The notes under the pieces were generated by a model, which had not been told where the DNA came from, made no database searches, and worked only from the letters and a program-made list of their open reading frames with translations. From the NCBI GenBank assembly GCA_965203905.1, contig CBDBDQ010000005.1:2272001-2336000 (forward strand): a stretch of DNA of 64,000 nucleotides, read 5' to 3'. Shown in pieces: positions 9,661-19,195 of the stretch; position 1 is the first letter of the stretch; every line of letters begins with the position of its first letter. Made by a program: the position numbers and the translations under genes. The DNA comes from Spirochaetia bacterium. GTDB taxonomy: Bacteria; Spirochaetota; Spirochaetia; SZUA-6; Bin103.

Positions 9661-10605
9661 TCAGTCGAAGGCGGCGACGATCTCCTGTTCCATGCGCTGG
9701 ATCTCCTCGACACTGCCGGTCGTTATGTTGCCGAACATGATCTCGTCGACCCCTTCGTCGATCAACGCGCCGATCCGGTCCACCACCTGCTGGCGGCTGC
9801 CGACCATGGTACCCTCGCCGGTGCGCTTCATCAGGGTCGCGCCCGCCTTTTGCGCCGCGGCGTCGTCGCCGACCACGATCGGCATCAGAATCGTGCGCCG
9901 GATCTCGGCCGGGTCGCGTCCGGCGCGTTCGCAATGGCGCTCCAGCACCTCCACCTTGTGGCGGAATATCTCCAGCGACACGCCCTGCCCGGCCCAGCCG
10001 TCCAGGTTCATCACGTCGCCGTACTTGGCCAGGGTGCGCAGCGTGCGCCGCTCGCCGGTGCCGCCCACCAGAATCGGGATGTGCGGCTGCTGGTAGCAGC
10101 CCGGAGAGAGCTGCAACCGGTCGGCCCAGTAGTAGCGGCCGCGGAAGTCGATCGCGCCCTCCGTGGTGAACAGCGTGCGAATCAGCTTGCACGCCTCCTC
10201 GAAACGGTCCGAGCGTTCGCGCATGGTGGGGAACTTCCAGCCGAAGCCGTAGTGCTCGCGCTCGCACCAGGCGGCCCCCAGCGAGAGCGTAAACCGCCCC
10301 TTGGATGCCTGGTCGAGCGAGGTTGCCATCTTGGCGAGCAGCGCCGGGTTGCGGTAGGTGTTGCCCAGCACCAGGTGTCCGAGGCGCAACCGGCTGGTCA
10401 TGCCGGCGGCGACCGCGATCAGCGTATAGCCTTCGAACGCCGGCAGATGCTCGCTCTCCCGCTGGCCCTTGGGCCCGCCCCACGGCGGGAAGAAGTGGTC
10501 GGCGAACCAGAGGCTGTGCCACGCCCCCGCTTCCATGGTCGTGATCGACCGTGCGATCGCGTCCCAGGTGACGCCGTAACAGTTGACCTGAATTCCAAAC
10601 TTCAC
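9661..10605 (-). CDS. LLM-class flavin/F420-dependent oxidoreductase
   Basis: SLWFADHFFP, RLGHLVLGNTYRNPALLAKMATSLD, GRFTLSLGAAW and PILVGGTGERRTLR. Confidence 0.9.
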   Translation of the reverse strand: MKFGIQVNCYGVTWDAIARSITTMEAGAWHSLWFADHFFPPWGGPKGQRESEHLPAFEGYTLIAVAAGMTSRLRLGHLVLGNTYRNPALLAKMATSLDQASKGRFTLSLGAAWCEREHYGFGWKFPTMRERSDRFEEACKLIRTLFTTEGAIDFRGRYYWADRLQLSPGCYQQPHIPILVGGTGERRTLRTLAKYGDVMNLDGWAGQGVSLEIFRHKVEVLERHCERAGRDPAEIRRTILMPIVVGDDAAAQKAGATLMKRTGEGTMVGSRQQVVDRIGALIDEGVDEIMFGNITTGSVEEIQRMEQEIVAAFD

Positions 10606-10747
10606 GTGGTTCTCCTCGTCTGCTTGTGCCCCGAAACCGCCGCCTGTCGGCGTCGCTCTTGGGCAGCTCGTCGCACTGTTTCACGCACCGGGACGGACGG
10701 TCAAGCTTGCGCGTCGCTCGTTTCATCAGCCGCTATACTGCCTCGTC

Positions 10748-11503
10748 GTGCGAGTGCTCAGTGGCAACATCGCCCATCCGGGGTTCGACAGCGATCCGCG
10801 CCTGGCGTGGCCGCCACGGCGGGAGGCGGTGCGGGCGGTGCTGGAACGCTGCGATCCCGACCTGCTGTGCCTGCAGGAGGTGAGCCGCGAACAGTGCGAC
10901 GACCTGTGCCGCTGGCTCCCCGGCTTCGGCCACCACGGCCAGGTGCCGCGCATCGACCTGCGCGACCCGCTCAACTCCATCTTCTTCCGGCACGCCCGGT
11001 TCGCCCTGATCGCCGCCGGCGGCTACTGGCTCTCCGAGCAACCGCAGGTGATCGGCTCGCGCTCGTGGGACAGCATCTATCCGCGCACCGCCGCCTGGGT
11101 GCGCCTGGCCGAGCGCTCCAGCGGACGCGAACTGCGGGTCACGGTGACCCACCTGGACAACGTCGGCGCGCTGGCCCGTGAGCGCCAGGCCCGCTTGCTG
11201 GTCGACGAGATGCTGGCGTTGCCCGGCGACTATCCCCAGGTGCTGGCCGGCGACCTCAACTGCGACGCCGCCAGCCCGGCGGTGGCGTGCATCCGGGCGC
11301 ACTTCGCCGACACCTGGGAGGCGGTGCACGGGGCCGTCGATCCCGGGCCGACCCGCCGCGGTTTCGACGGCGATGAACGGATCGACTGGATCTTCAGCCG
11401 CGGCCTGCGGGTGACCGCGGCGCGGATGGTGCGCGACACTCCCGGCGGCGTGGCGCCGAGCGACCACTGCTTCCTCACCGCCGACCTGCAACTGGAGGAA
11501 TGA
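10748..11503 (+). CDS. Endonuclease/exonuclease/phosphatase family protein
   Basis: PDLLCLQE, THLD, AGDLN, RIDWIF and SDH motifs. Confidence 0.9.
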   Translation: MRVLSGNIAHPGFDSDPRLAWPPRREAVRAVLERCDPDLLCLQEVSREQCDDLCRWLPGFGHHGQVPRIDLRDPLNSIFFRHARFALIAAGGYWLSEQPQVIGSRSWDSIYPRTAAWVRLAERSSGRELRVTVTHLDNVGALARERQARLLVDEMLALPGDYPQVLAGDLNCDAASPAVACIRAHFADTWEAVHGAVDPGPTRRGFDGDERIDWIFSRGLRVTAARMVRDTPGGVAPSDHCFLTADLQLEE

Positions 11504-12522
11504 CGATGCCGCAGACGCGCCCGCCGCGGAAGTTGATTCAGGTCGGGCTGGGAGGATTCGGCCGGCGCTGGCTGGAGGTGGTGCTGGCCGATCCGCGCTG
11601 GGAGTACGCCGCGCTGGCGACGCGGACGCCGGCGGTGCGGGAGGCGGCGGCGCGGCGGGCGGGGCTGCCTTCGGAACGAACCGCCGGTTCCCTGGCGGCT
11701 GCCCTGGAGAGCGCGCCCGAGGCGGACGCGGTGCTGGTGACCACGCCCTACTTCCGCCACGCGGACGACGTGGTGACCGCCCTCGGCCACGGCAAGCACG
11801 TGCTGGTGGAGAAGCCGCTTACCGACAACCATGGCGACGCCGAGCGGATCCGGGCCGCCGGCCGCGCCGCCGGCACCACGGTGATGGTGGGCGAGGACTA
11901 CCGCTTCCGCGCCGGCCCTCGTGCCGTACACGCCATCCTGGAGGCGGGCGAGATCGGCGTGCCGGAGATGATCGACCTGCAGTACTTCGTGTCGCATCGC
12001 TTCCCCGCGGGCGACTGGCGCAACGACCTGCGCTACCCGGTACTGATCGAGAACAACACCCATCAGCTCGATCTGCTGCGTTATCTCACCGGGCGCGAGG
12101 CGTTGGCGGTCACCGCGAGCGCCTTTGCCAGTGCCGGCGACACGCCGTGGCCCTTCCCGTCGACGGCGGCACTGATCGAAATGGACGGCGGCCTGCACGT
12201 GACCTTCTCTGCGAGCTGGGCCTATCCCGCGCTGCGCACGCAGTGGGAAGGAACCTGGTTCATGCGCGGCCCGCACGGCGGTCTGCACTGGGACGAGAGC
12301 GGCATCACCGTGCTGCGCGGCGAGCGCCGGCGCGCTATCCCCGCCCCCGACCCGGCGCCGCGCCTCGACCGGGTGCTGGAGGAGTTCACCGCCGCGCTGG
12401 ACGAGGCGCGCGCCCCGAGCGTATCGCTGGAGGACAACCTGCGTACCCTCGCCATCGTCCTGGCCATGATCCGCTCCAGCGAAGAACGCCGCCGCGTGCC
12501 GCTGCCACGGTCAGCACATTGA
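11500..12522 (+). CDS. Gfo/Idh/MocA family oxidoreductase
   Basis: VGLGGFG, GKHVLVEKP and HQLDLLRYL. Confidence 0.9.
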   Translation: MTMPQTRPPRKLIQVGLGGFGRRWLEVVLADPRWEYAALATRTPAVREAAARRAGLPSERTAGSLAAALESAPEADAVLVTTPYFRHADDVVTALGHGKHVLVEKPLTDNHGDAERIRAAGRAAGTTVMVGEDYRFRAGPRAVHAILEAGEIGVPEMIDLQYFVSHRFPAGDWRNDLRYPVLIENNTHQLDLLRYLTGREALAVTASAFASAGDTPWPFPSTAALIEMDGGLHVTFSASWAYPALRTQWEGTWFMRGPHGGLHWDESGITVLRGERRRAIPAPDPAPRLDRVLEEFTAALDEARAPSVSLEDNLRTLAIVLAMIRSSEERRRVPLPRSAH

Positions 12523-12540
12523 CTCCGCGACTCGGGGCGC

Positions 12541-13146
12541 TATCAGGGAGCGCAACGGTGGGAGCACGAGCGGGAGTTTGCGGACCTGGTAACGGACGCG
12601 TCGCGGGAGTGGCGCTGGGTGCCGAGGTTCGAGAACCTGCTGATCGACCAGACGGAGTTGGGCGCGGAATCGGTGACGGGCGCGGTAGCGGCGCGGGTGC
12701 TGCAGATCGCGATGATGGCGACGTTTCGGAAAGCGCCGGAGGAGTTGCTGGAATCGGTGACGCGGTTGATCGGGGAGTTGTACCGCGCCAGGGGGTTCGA
12801 GGAAGTGGCGAAGCACGTGGAGTACGTGCTGGCGACGCAGCCGGAAGCACAGCGCAAGGTGTTTTCGGAGGCACTGCGGAGGAACGTGCCGGGTCGCGGA
12901 GGAGAGGTGATGAATTACGTGGAAGAAATGATCGAGCGAGGCCGCCGGGAGGGTCGTCAACAAGGCCGCCGGGAGGGCCGCCGGGAGGGCGAATTGAAGG
13001 GGCAGGTGCGCGCCATCGAGGGGTTCGTGGCACGAGATATACCGTGGCCCACCATCGAAGCGGCCACGGGAATCGACGAGGCCACATTCCGGCGCCTCAG
13101 GCAGCGTGTCGAGGCCGAGGACAACGGGACAGAGTCCACCGTCTGA
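12541..13146 (+). pseudogene. 5'-truncated Rpn/YhgA-like recombination-promoting nuclease. The C-terminal half includes a probable intragenic small ORF at 12910-13146.
   Basis: Frame reads YQGAQRW...WVPRFENLLIDQT...GGEVMNYVEEMIERGRREGRQQGRREGRREGELKG...IEAATGI. The N-terminal PD-(D/E)XK part is absent. Confidence 0.75.
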
Positions 13147-13278
13147 AGCCGCTGCAGCCGCCTCGACCGCAGCCTGCGCCGCAACCACACTGAGGGAATG
13201 CACCCGAACCTGACCTGCCCGTTGACATGATCCCCGTTCTGTGCTCTGGTGATGCAGAGAGCACGGTGAACTTCGTGT

Positions 13279-13310
13279 GTCCACTCGTCCACTCGTCCAC
13301 TCGTCCACTC
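13279..13310. repeat. 8-bp tandem repeat (GTCCACTC)x4
   Basis: Seen directly; a partial echo lies near 13465-13475. Confidence 0.85.
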
Positions 13311-13713
13311 GACGATAGCTCTTGCATAGAACCAGGAACACTGACCGACCCGACGCTCCGCGTGGCTGCGGGCGCAGCTACAACGACCGCAGGGGCACAC
13401 GCCGTTGCGCGCCTCACCCCGTCCTTCGCCGGGATCGGCAGACCTACGGTCCGACCGGCGTCAATCCACTCGTCCAATCCAATCGCCGGTGTCCGCCGCC
13501 GGTCTTTCCCGTCAATCACACATTCGCGGCGTTGCCGACCACCGCCCCCCGCGGCGTTCCGGGATTGCGCGCGCGTACGCGTTCAGGAGGTGCCGTTTGT
13601 AGGATGCGAAGCGGTCGTCCTCGCTTTTTGGTCGCCGGCAAGAGAGCAGGCATACCTCGAGAGTAGGCGAGGGGCCGGCACTGGACTCGATACTCTCGAA
13701 TATCAGGAGTGAA

Positions 13714-15498
13714 ATGATGCATTACGTAATGCGAACGTGCCTGGCCGTACTGTTCGGTCTCGCACTGACCGCAACCGGCCTCTGGGCGGCTGGCGCAGAA
13801 GAGGCGCCGGCAGCGGCGGCCGCGAAAAAGTATGTGACCGACCCCACCACCGGCAAGGTGGTGTCGGCACCGGAGTATGGCGGGACATTCACCTGGGGCG
13901 ATGCCCTCGGGGCTCCGCACTGTGATCCCCACATTCATGGCTGGGGGCCACGGGCCATCGACGGCGTTGCAGAGAGGCTAGGCATCAGGGACTGGGCAGC
14001 AGATAGGAACGAAATCAGCTTTACAGACTCCTATACTCCTCTCCGTTTCATGAGAGGGGCGCTGGCGGAAAGCTGGGAGATGGCCGACCCACTGACGTAT
14101 GTCTACCACATCCGCGAGGGCGTTCGCTGGCACGACAAGGCGCCGATGAATGGTCGGGAGTTCACTGCCCAGGATGTCGTATACAACCTTCACCGTTATA
14201 CGGGTTCGGGGAGCGGCTTCACCGAACCCGGGGCTGCTGGCGCACTCGCTGCGATACCGTTCGAATCGATAACGGCCAGCGACGATTCGACGGTAGTCTT
14301 CAAGCTGACGGAGCCAAAGGTAGACTTGCGGGAAGTTCTCGCCATCAACTGGCATGCCGCTATGTTACCCCCAGAGGTAATCGAGCAGCACGGCGACCTC
14401 ACGGACTGCGATAACATGGTTGGTACCGGGCCCTATATGCTGACTGAATGGGTCGAGAACAGCTCCATGACCTATTCCAAGATTCCTGACTACTGGGGCT
14501 TTGACGAAAAATACCCGGAGAACCGCTTGCCCTACATCGACCAGATAAACCGGCTAATCATGCCGGAAAAGGAAACACAGCTGGCGGCGCTACGCTCGGG
14601 TAGGCTCGATTACATCGGTCAGTCCGGCGGGGGTCAGTTGCAGCCGGCCCAGGTAGAGACCCTGCAGCGTACCAACCCCGAAATCGTGGTATATCCGTGG
14701 GCCTTTCGGTCGGAGACCTCTGTTGCATTCAACCTGCGCCACCCGTCGCCCTTTCAAGACATCAGGGTTCGCAAGGCGATGCAGATGGCCATTGACCTCG
14801 AGACCATCAACAATACGTACTTTCGTGGCTTTGCTATGACGAAACCACAAGGGATCATAGGAGACGGTCTGAAGGGGTTCTACATCCCATTCGAAGAGTG
14901 GCCCGAAGAGACCAAGAAAGTCTTTGCCTATGACCCGGAAGGGGCCGAAGCGTTGCTCGACGAGGCTGGGTATCCGCGCGGTGCGGATGGCATTCGATTC
15001 AAGACCGTCGTCAACCCCGTGCCCTCATGGGATGTGGGCTATCAAGAAATAGCCGCTGAATACTGGGCTGCGATTGGCGTTGATGTAGAGGTCAGGATAA
15101 CAACCGAGATCCCTCGACTGATGGCGCTGGTAACCGAAGGTACTTATGAAGGAATGGCCTATATGGATATCGGCAACGACGGCTCGGTTCAATGGCTAAT
15201 GAGCGTGCTTGAAATCGGAGCGCAATGGGGCCGTACCGGACACCAGGACCCGGTGATGGACGCCATGGCGAAAGCCGCCATGGCCGCTATCACGCTCGAG
15301 GAGCAGCAACGGCTGGTGGCGGAGGCAGATATGTACTCGATCCAGCAGCATTGGTTCATATGGGGTCCTAAAGTTCCCCAGTTTGAGGCGGTGCAGCCGT
15401 GGGTGATAGGTTTTAACGGTGAAATCTGGTATACCACACATGCGCCTTTCGAGCGCTTGTGGATCGATAGTGCGCTGAAGAGCGAAATGGGATTCTGA
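13714..15498 (+). CDS. Family-5 (peptide/nickel-type) ABC substrate-binding protein, cassette 1
   Basis: AGGAG RBS and signal peptide WAAGAEE. LAESWE, VRWHDKAPMNGRE, VGTGPY and DIRVRKAM. Confidence 0.92.
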   Translation: MMHYVMRTCLAVLFGLALTATGLWAAGAEEAPAAAAAKKYVTDPTTGKVVSAPEYGGTFTWGDALGAPHCDPHIHGWGPRAIDGVAERLGIRDWAADRNEISFTDSYTPLRFMRGALAESWEMADPLTYVYHIREGVRWHDKAPMNGREFTAQDVVYNLHRYTGSGSGFTEPGAAGALAAIPFESITASDDSTVVFKLTEPKVDLREVLAINWHAAMLPPEVIEQHGDLTDCDNMVGTGPYMLTEWVENSSMTYSKIPDYWGFDEKYPENRLPYIDQINRLIMPEKETQLAALRSGRLDYIGQSGGGQLQPAQVETLQRTNPEIVVYPWAFRSETSVAFNLRHPSPFQDIRVRKAMQMAIDLETINNTYFRGFAMTKPQGIIGDGLKGFYIPFEEWPEETKKVFAYDPEGAEALLDEAGYPRGADGIRFKTVVNPVPSWDVGYQEIAAEYWAAIGVDVEVRITTEIPRLMALVTEGTYEGMAYMDIGNDGSVQWLMSVLEIGAQWGRTGHQDPVMDAMAKAAMAAITLEEQQRLVAEADMYSIQQHWFIWGPKVPQFEAVQPWVIGFNGEIWYTTHAPFERLWIDSALKSEMGF

Positions 15499-15558
15499 AT
15501 CAGTCGCCCCTTGGGCGATTGAAATGGCGGCAGCGCTGCGCGCGGCTGCTCTGAGCTA

Positions 15559-15590
15559 GGGCGCCGGGAGCCTCGCGCTTCCCGGCGCCC
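15559..15590 (+). promoter_or_regulatory. Conserved intercistronic stem-loop between binding protein and permease
   Basis: GGGCGCCGGGA-GCCTCGCGCT-TCCCGGCGCCC. Homologous hairpins at 37097-37128 and 47184-47213. Confidence 0.75.
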
Positions 15591-15605
15591 ATTTACCACC
15601 AAGAT

Positions 15606-16559
15606 ATGAGAGCCTATATCATTAGGCGCGTATTGCTGGTCATCCCCACCCTGTTCATATTGACCATCGTCGTCTTTCTCTCGGTCCGCTTCCTCCCGGG
15701 CGATGTCATAGACGCCATGGCGGGCGACTTGCAGCACTACATCGGCTTCGACCGTGCTGCTCTCGAGCGTAGGCTGGGATTGGATGTGCCGATGCCCGTG
15801 CAGTATGGCCGCTGGATAGGAGGTGTGTTCCTGCACGGCACCCTCGGCGAGTCGCTGTGGAGCGATAGCCCGGTAGAGAAGTTGCTGAGAGGCGGACTGC
15901 CGGTAACGCTGGAGCTTGGCTTTCTGGCGATCGTCATCGGGCTCGCGATCGCGCTGCCGGTCGGCATCTTCTCGGCTATTCGGCAGGGTACCTTCACCGA
16001 CTACGCCGGGCGCTCGGTCGCCATCATCGGCTTGGCGACGCCCAACTTCTGGATTGCGGTCATGGTGTTGCTCTATCCGGCAATCTGGTGGGGCTGGACG
16101 CCTCCGATGCAGTGGGTTCCGTTTACCGAAGACCCGCTGGGAAATCTCGGCGTGCTGATCATTCCCAGTCTGATTCTGGGGACCTACCTGTCGGCCAGCA
16201 CCATGCGGATGATCCGCACCACCATGCTGGAGGTGTTGCGGCAGGATTATGTTCGCACCGCCTGGTCGAAAGGGTTGCGGGAGCGGATCGTCGTGCTGCG
16301 CCATGCGGTCAAGAATGCGCTCATCCCGGTGGTTTCGCTGATCGGCTTGCAGTTGCCGATCCTGGTCGGCGGGTCGGTGATCATCGAGAACATATTCAAC
16401 CTGCCGGGCGTAGGCCGGCTTATGGTAGATGCGCTGGGACGCAGAGACTACCCGGTGGTCTCGGGCGTGAATCTGATGTTCGCCACCGGGGTCATGGCGA
16501 TCAATCTGGCTACCGACCTGATGTATCCCTATCTGGACCCCCGACTCCGTTATGAATGA
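15606..16559 (+). CDS. DppB/OppB-like ABC permease
   Basis: YIIRR...LPGD, DYVRTAWSKGL, RHAVKNALIPV and LDPRLRY. Confidence 0.93.
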   Translation: MRAYIIRRVLLVIPTLFILTIVVFLSVRFLPGDVIDAMAGDLQHYIGFDRAALERRLGLDVPMPVQYGRWIGGVFLHGTLGESLWSDSPVEKLLRGGLPVTLELGFLAIVIGLAIALPVGIFSAIRQGTFTDYAGRSVAIIGLATPNFWIAVMVLLYPAIWWGWTPPMQWVPFTEDPLGNLGVLIIPSLILGTYLSASTMRMIRTTMLEVLRQDYVRTAWSKGLRERIVVLRHAVKNALIPVVSLIGLQLPILVGGSVIIENIFNLPGVGRLMVDALGRRDYPVVSGVNLMFATGVMAINLATDLMYPYLDPRLRYE

Positions 16560-17424
16560 ACGGAGAAGCAGTTTCTTCGTCCGGCTGTGGCGGGAACGGC
16601 CGGTGGGAGCTGTCGGCGGGATTGTCGTCGTGATATTGATTCTGGTGAGCATCTTTGCCGATGTTCTGGCGCCGTATCGCCCCCGGGAGATAAATCTGCC
16701 GGACATCCTGCAGGGCCCGTCAGCCGCTCATCTCCTGGGCGCCGACCACCTGGGGCGCGACGTGCTGAGCCGCCTCATTCACGGGGCGCGGATCTCGATA
16801 TTCGTCGGGTTCGCCGCGACCACCCTCAACGTTGTCGTGGCCGGGCTGATCGGCGGCACGTCGGGCTTCCTGGGCGGCAAGTTGGACTTGGTGGTGCAGC
16901 GTTTCGTCGATGCCTGGATGTCGTTCCCGGGACTGCTGCTGCTGTTGACGGTCATGTCGATAACGGGGCGGGGGATCGTGCAGCTCATCGTTGTGCTGGG
17001 CGTCGTAGGCGGCATCCCCGCCTCACGCGTGGTGCGCGGGGCTGTTATCGGGGTCAAGGAGAATGCCTACTTTCAGGCCGCGGAGGTGATCGGCTGCTCG
17101 ACGTGGAAGACGCTGGTCCGCCACGTGCTGCCCAACATTGCGGCTCCGATAATCGTCATCTTCAGCATCAACATCGGGGCGGTGATCATCACCGAGGCAT
17201 CTTTGAGCTTCCTCGGCTTCGGCCTGCCGCTACAGGTTCCGAGCTGGGGCGGCATGCTGAGCCGGGAAGGGCGGCAGTACATGGAGATGGCGCCGCGCCT
17301 GGCGCTCTGGCCCGGCCTGTGCCTGACCATCGTGGTCTACAGCCTGAACATGTTCGGCGACGCGGTGCGCGACCTGCTCGACCCGCGCCTGCGCGGCGGT
17401 CAGGGAGGTTACGGCGGCAGGTAA
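16552..17424 (+). CDS. DppC/OppC-like ABC permease
   Basis: LGADHLGRDVLSRLIHGARIS, RHVLPN, EASLSFLGFG and GDAVRDLLDPR. Confidence 0.93.
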   Translation: MNERRSSFFVRLWRERPVGAVGGIVVVILILVSIFADVLAPYRPREINLPDILQGPSAAHLLGADHLGRDVLSRLIHGARISIFVGFAATTLNVVVAGLIGGTSGFLGGKLDLVVQRFVDAWMSFPGLLLLLTVMSITGRGIVQLIVVLGVVGGIPASRVVRGAVIGVKENAYFQAAEVIGCSTWKTLVRHVLPNIAAPIIVIFSINIGAVIITEASLSFLGFGLPLQVPSWGGMLSREGRQYMEMAPRLALWPGLCLTIVVYSLNMFGDAVRDLLDPRLRGGQGGYGGR

Positions 17425-17508
17425 GCTGCGGGAGACCACCAACGGACGTCGCACGGGCGCCGCCGGTTCTGCGTTGCCGGCGCACGAGGTGTGCCGTTCG
17501 CTACGCCT

Positions 17509-19062
17509 TCAGCCGGCCGCCACCTCGAACGCCGTCACGTTGCGCGTCTCGCGGCTGAACTCCACCCCGATCAGGTGGATCGGTTCCTTCAGGTGACGGT
17601 ACTTGTCCGCGTACCCGCGCTCCCGCAACTGCGCCAGCGCCGACCCCGGCGGCGCCATCTCCGCCACCTTGAATTCGAACAGGTACACGTGCCCGCCGGT
17701 GCGCACCGCCATGTCCAGCCGCCCGTGGCTGCTCGATTCCTCCACCGCGATCTCGTACCCCAGCGCCGCGAAGTAGGAGTAGACCACGCTCGCGTAGAAG
17801 CCCTCGTATTGGGCGATGTGGTTGTTCGTGTACCAATGATACGGAATGCTCGCGAAGAAGGCGTGGAACAGTTCCTTCAGCCCCGCGCAATCATGTGCCT
17901 CCAGCAGCCGCGCGAGACGCATGCTGTTGGCCGTCTGGCGTTCCGTGTCCTGCACCAGTTGCCGCAGCAGCACCCGGTTCAGGCTCTGGCGGACCTCCCG
18001 GTTGGGGTAGCCCAGCCGATACAGCGCCATGCCGCCCAGTTCCTCTTCGGCCGTGATGGTCAGGTAGCCGGTCTGGAACAGCAGCGCTTCGGTGCCGATC
18101 TTGCCCACGTCGAACGCCGACAGCAGGTCCTCCGTGCCTAGCATCGAGTCCAGCGACACCGACGCGACCTGGCGCTCGAACAGCCTGTCCACCAGGAACG
18201 CCGGCGTCCCGGTCTCGAACCAGTGGGCCTTGAATTCGCGGCTGTCGAACAGCAGCAGCACGTCGTACGGGTTGTACACCTTCTCCGCGCCGCGCCAGCG
18301 GTAGCCGTTGTACCACTCGCGCACCCGCTCCCGGTCGAGTCCCGCCAGCTCCGGCGCGAACACCGCCTCCAGGTCGCCCTCCGTGTAGCCGCAGATCGAC
18401 GAATAAGCCGGATCCAGGGTGATGTCGGTGAGATTGTTCAGGTCTGAAAAGAGGCTGGCCGTGGTGAACTTGCTTACGCCGGTCACGAACGTGAACCGCA
18501 CGTGCGCGTCGCGCGCCTTGATCACCCCGTACAGGCCGCGCAGGTAGTCGCGGTTGGCACGGGCGATCTCCGGCGTCTGCAACGCGTCCAGGATCGGCTT
18601 GTCGTACTCGTCCACCAGCACCGCCACCCGCTGCCCGCTGCGCTCGTGCAGCGACCTGATCAGGTAGCCGAAACGTTCAGGCGGCGTGTCGTAGCGCGGA
18701 CTCACGCCGCTCGCTACTTCCATGCCGTCCAACTGCGCCGCCAGGTTGGTCTGGAGGTAGCCGGGATCCTTGAAGCTCCCGCCGGCGAAATCCAGGCGCA
18801 CCAGCGGGTGGGGCGCCGACCAGTTCCAGTTCCCGCGGTCGTGGATGTGCAGCCCCGTGAACAGTTCCTCGTTGCCCTCGAACAGCTCCTTCAGAGTGTC
18901 AAGGAACAGGCTCTTGCCGAACCGGCGCGGGCGTGACAGGAAGTAGTGGGAGCCCTCATCGAGCAACCGTTCGATGTAGGGCGTCTTGTCCACGTAATAA
19001 CAGTCCTCTTCGCGCAGCTTGCGGAAGGTCTGCATGCCGATGGGCAGTCTGCGCCGGGCCAC
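17509..19062 (-). CDS. AAA-ATPase-like protein with C-terminal PD-(D/E)XK nuclease domain
   Basis: LPIGMQTF, YYVDKT, SRPRRFGKSL, LVDEYDKP, GVSKF and GRLDM...YLFEFK. Confidence 0.92.
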   Translation of the reverse strand: MARRRLPIGMQTFRKLREEDCYYVDKTPYIERLLDEGSHYFLSRPRRFGKSLFLDTLKELFEGNEELFTGLHIHDRGNWNWSAPHPLVRLDFAGGSFKDPGYLQTNLAAQLDGMEVASGVSPRYDTPPERFGYLIRSLHERSGQRVAVLVDEYDKPILDALQTPEIARANRDYLRGLYGVIKARDAHVRFTFVTGVSKFTTASLFSDLNNLTDITLDPAYSSICGYTEGDLEAVFAPELAGLDRERVREWYNGYRWRGAEKVYNPYDVLLLFDSREFKAHWFETGTPAFLVDRLFERQVASVSLDSMLGTEDLLSAFDVGKIGTEALLFQTGYLTITAEEELGGMALYRLGYPNREVRQSLNRVLLRQLVQDTERQTANSMRLARLLEAHDCAGLKELFHAFFASIPYHWYTNNHIAQYEGFYASVVYSYFAALGYEIAVEESSSHGRLDMAVRTGGHVYLFEFKVAEMAPPGSALAQLRERGYADKYRHLKEPIHLIGVEFSRETRNVTAFEVAAG

Positions 19063-19195
19063 GCCTCATCATACGCCGCCGCCCGGCCGGTTCCAAACCC
19101 GTCAAGGTGCGATCTGGTGCGATCAACGCGATCAGCCCGCGCCGCTGGACGGGGTTTGAGCGACACGGCGGCGTCCGGGTACCATCCGCCGCGTA

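Noticed and set aside
8806-11181. 791-aa plus-strand ORF
   Set aside because: A GC-rich shadow frame over higB, non-coding DNA and the LLM gene, with no recognisable motifs.
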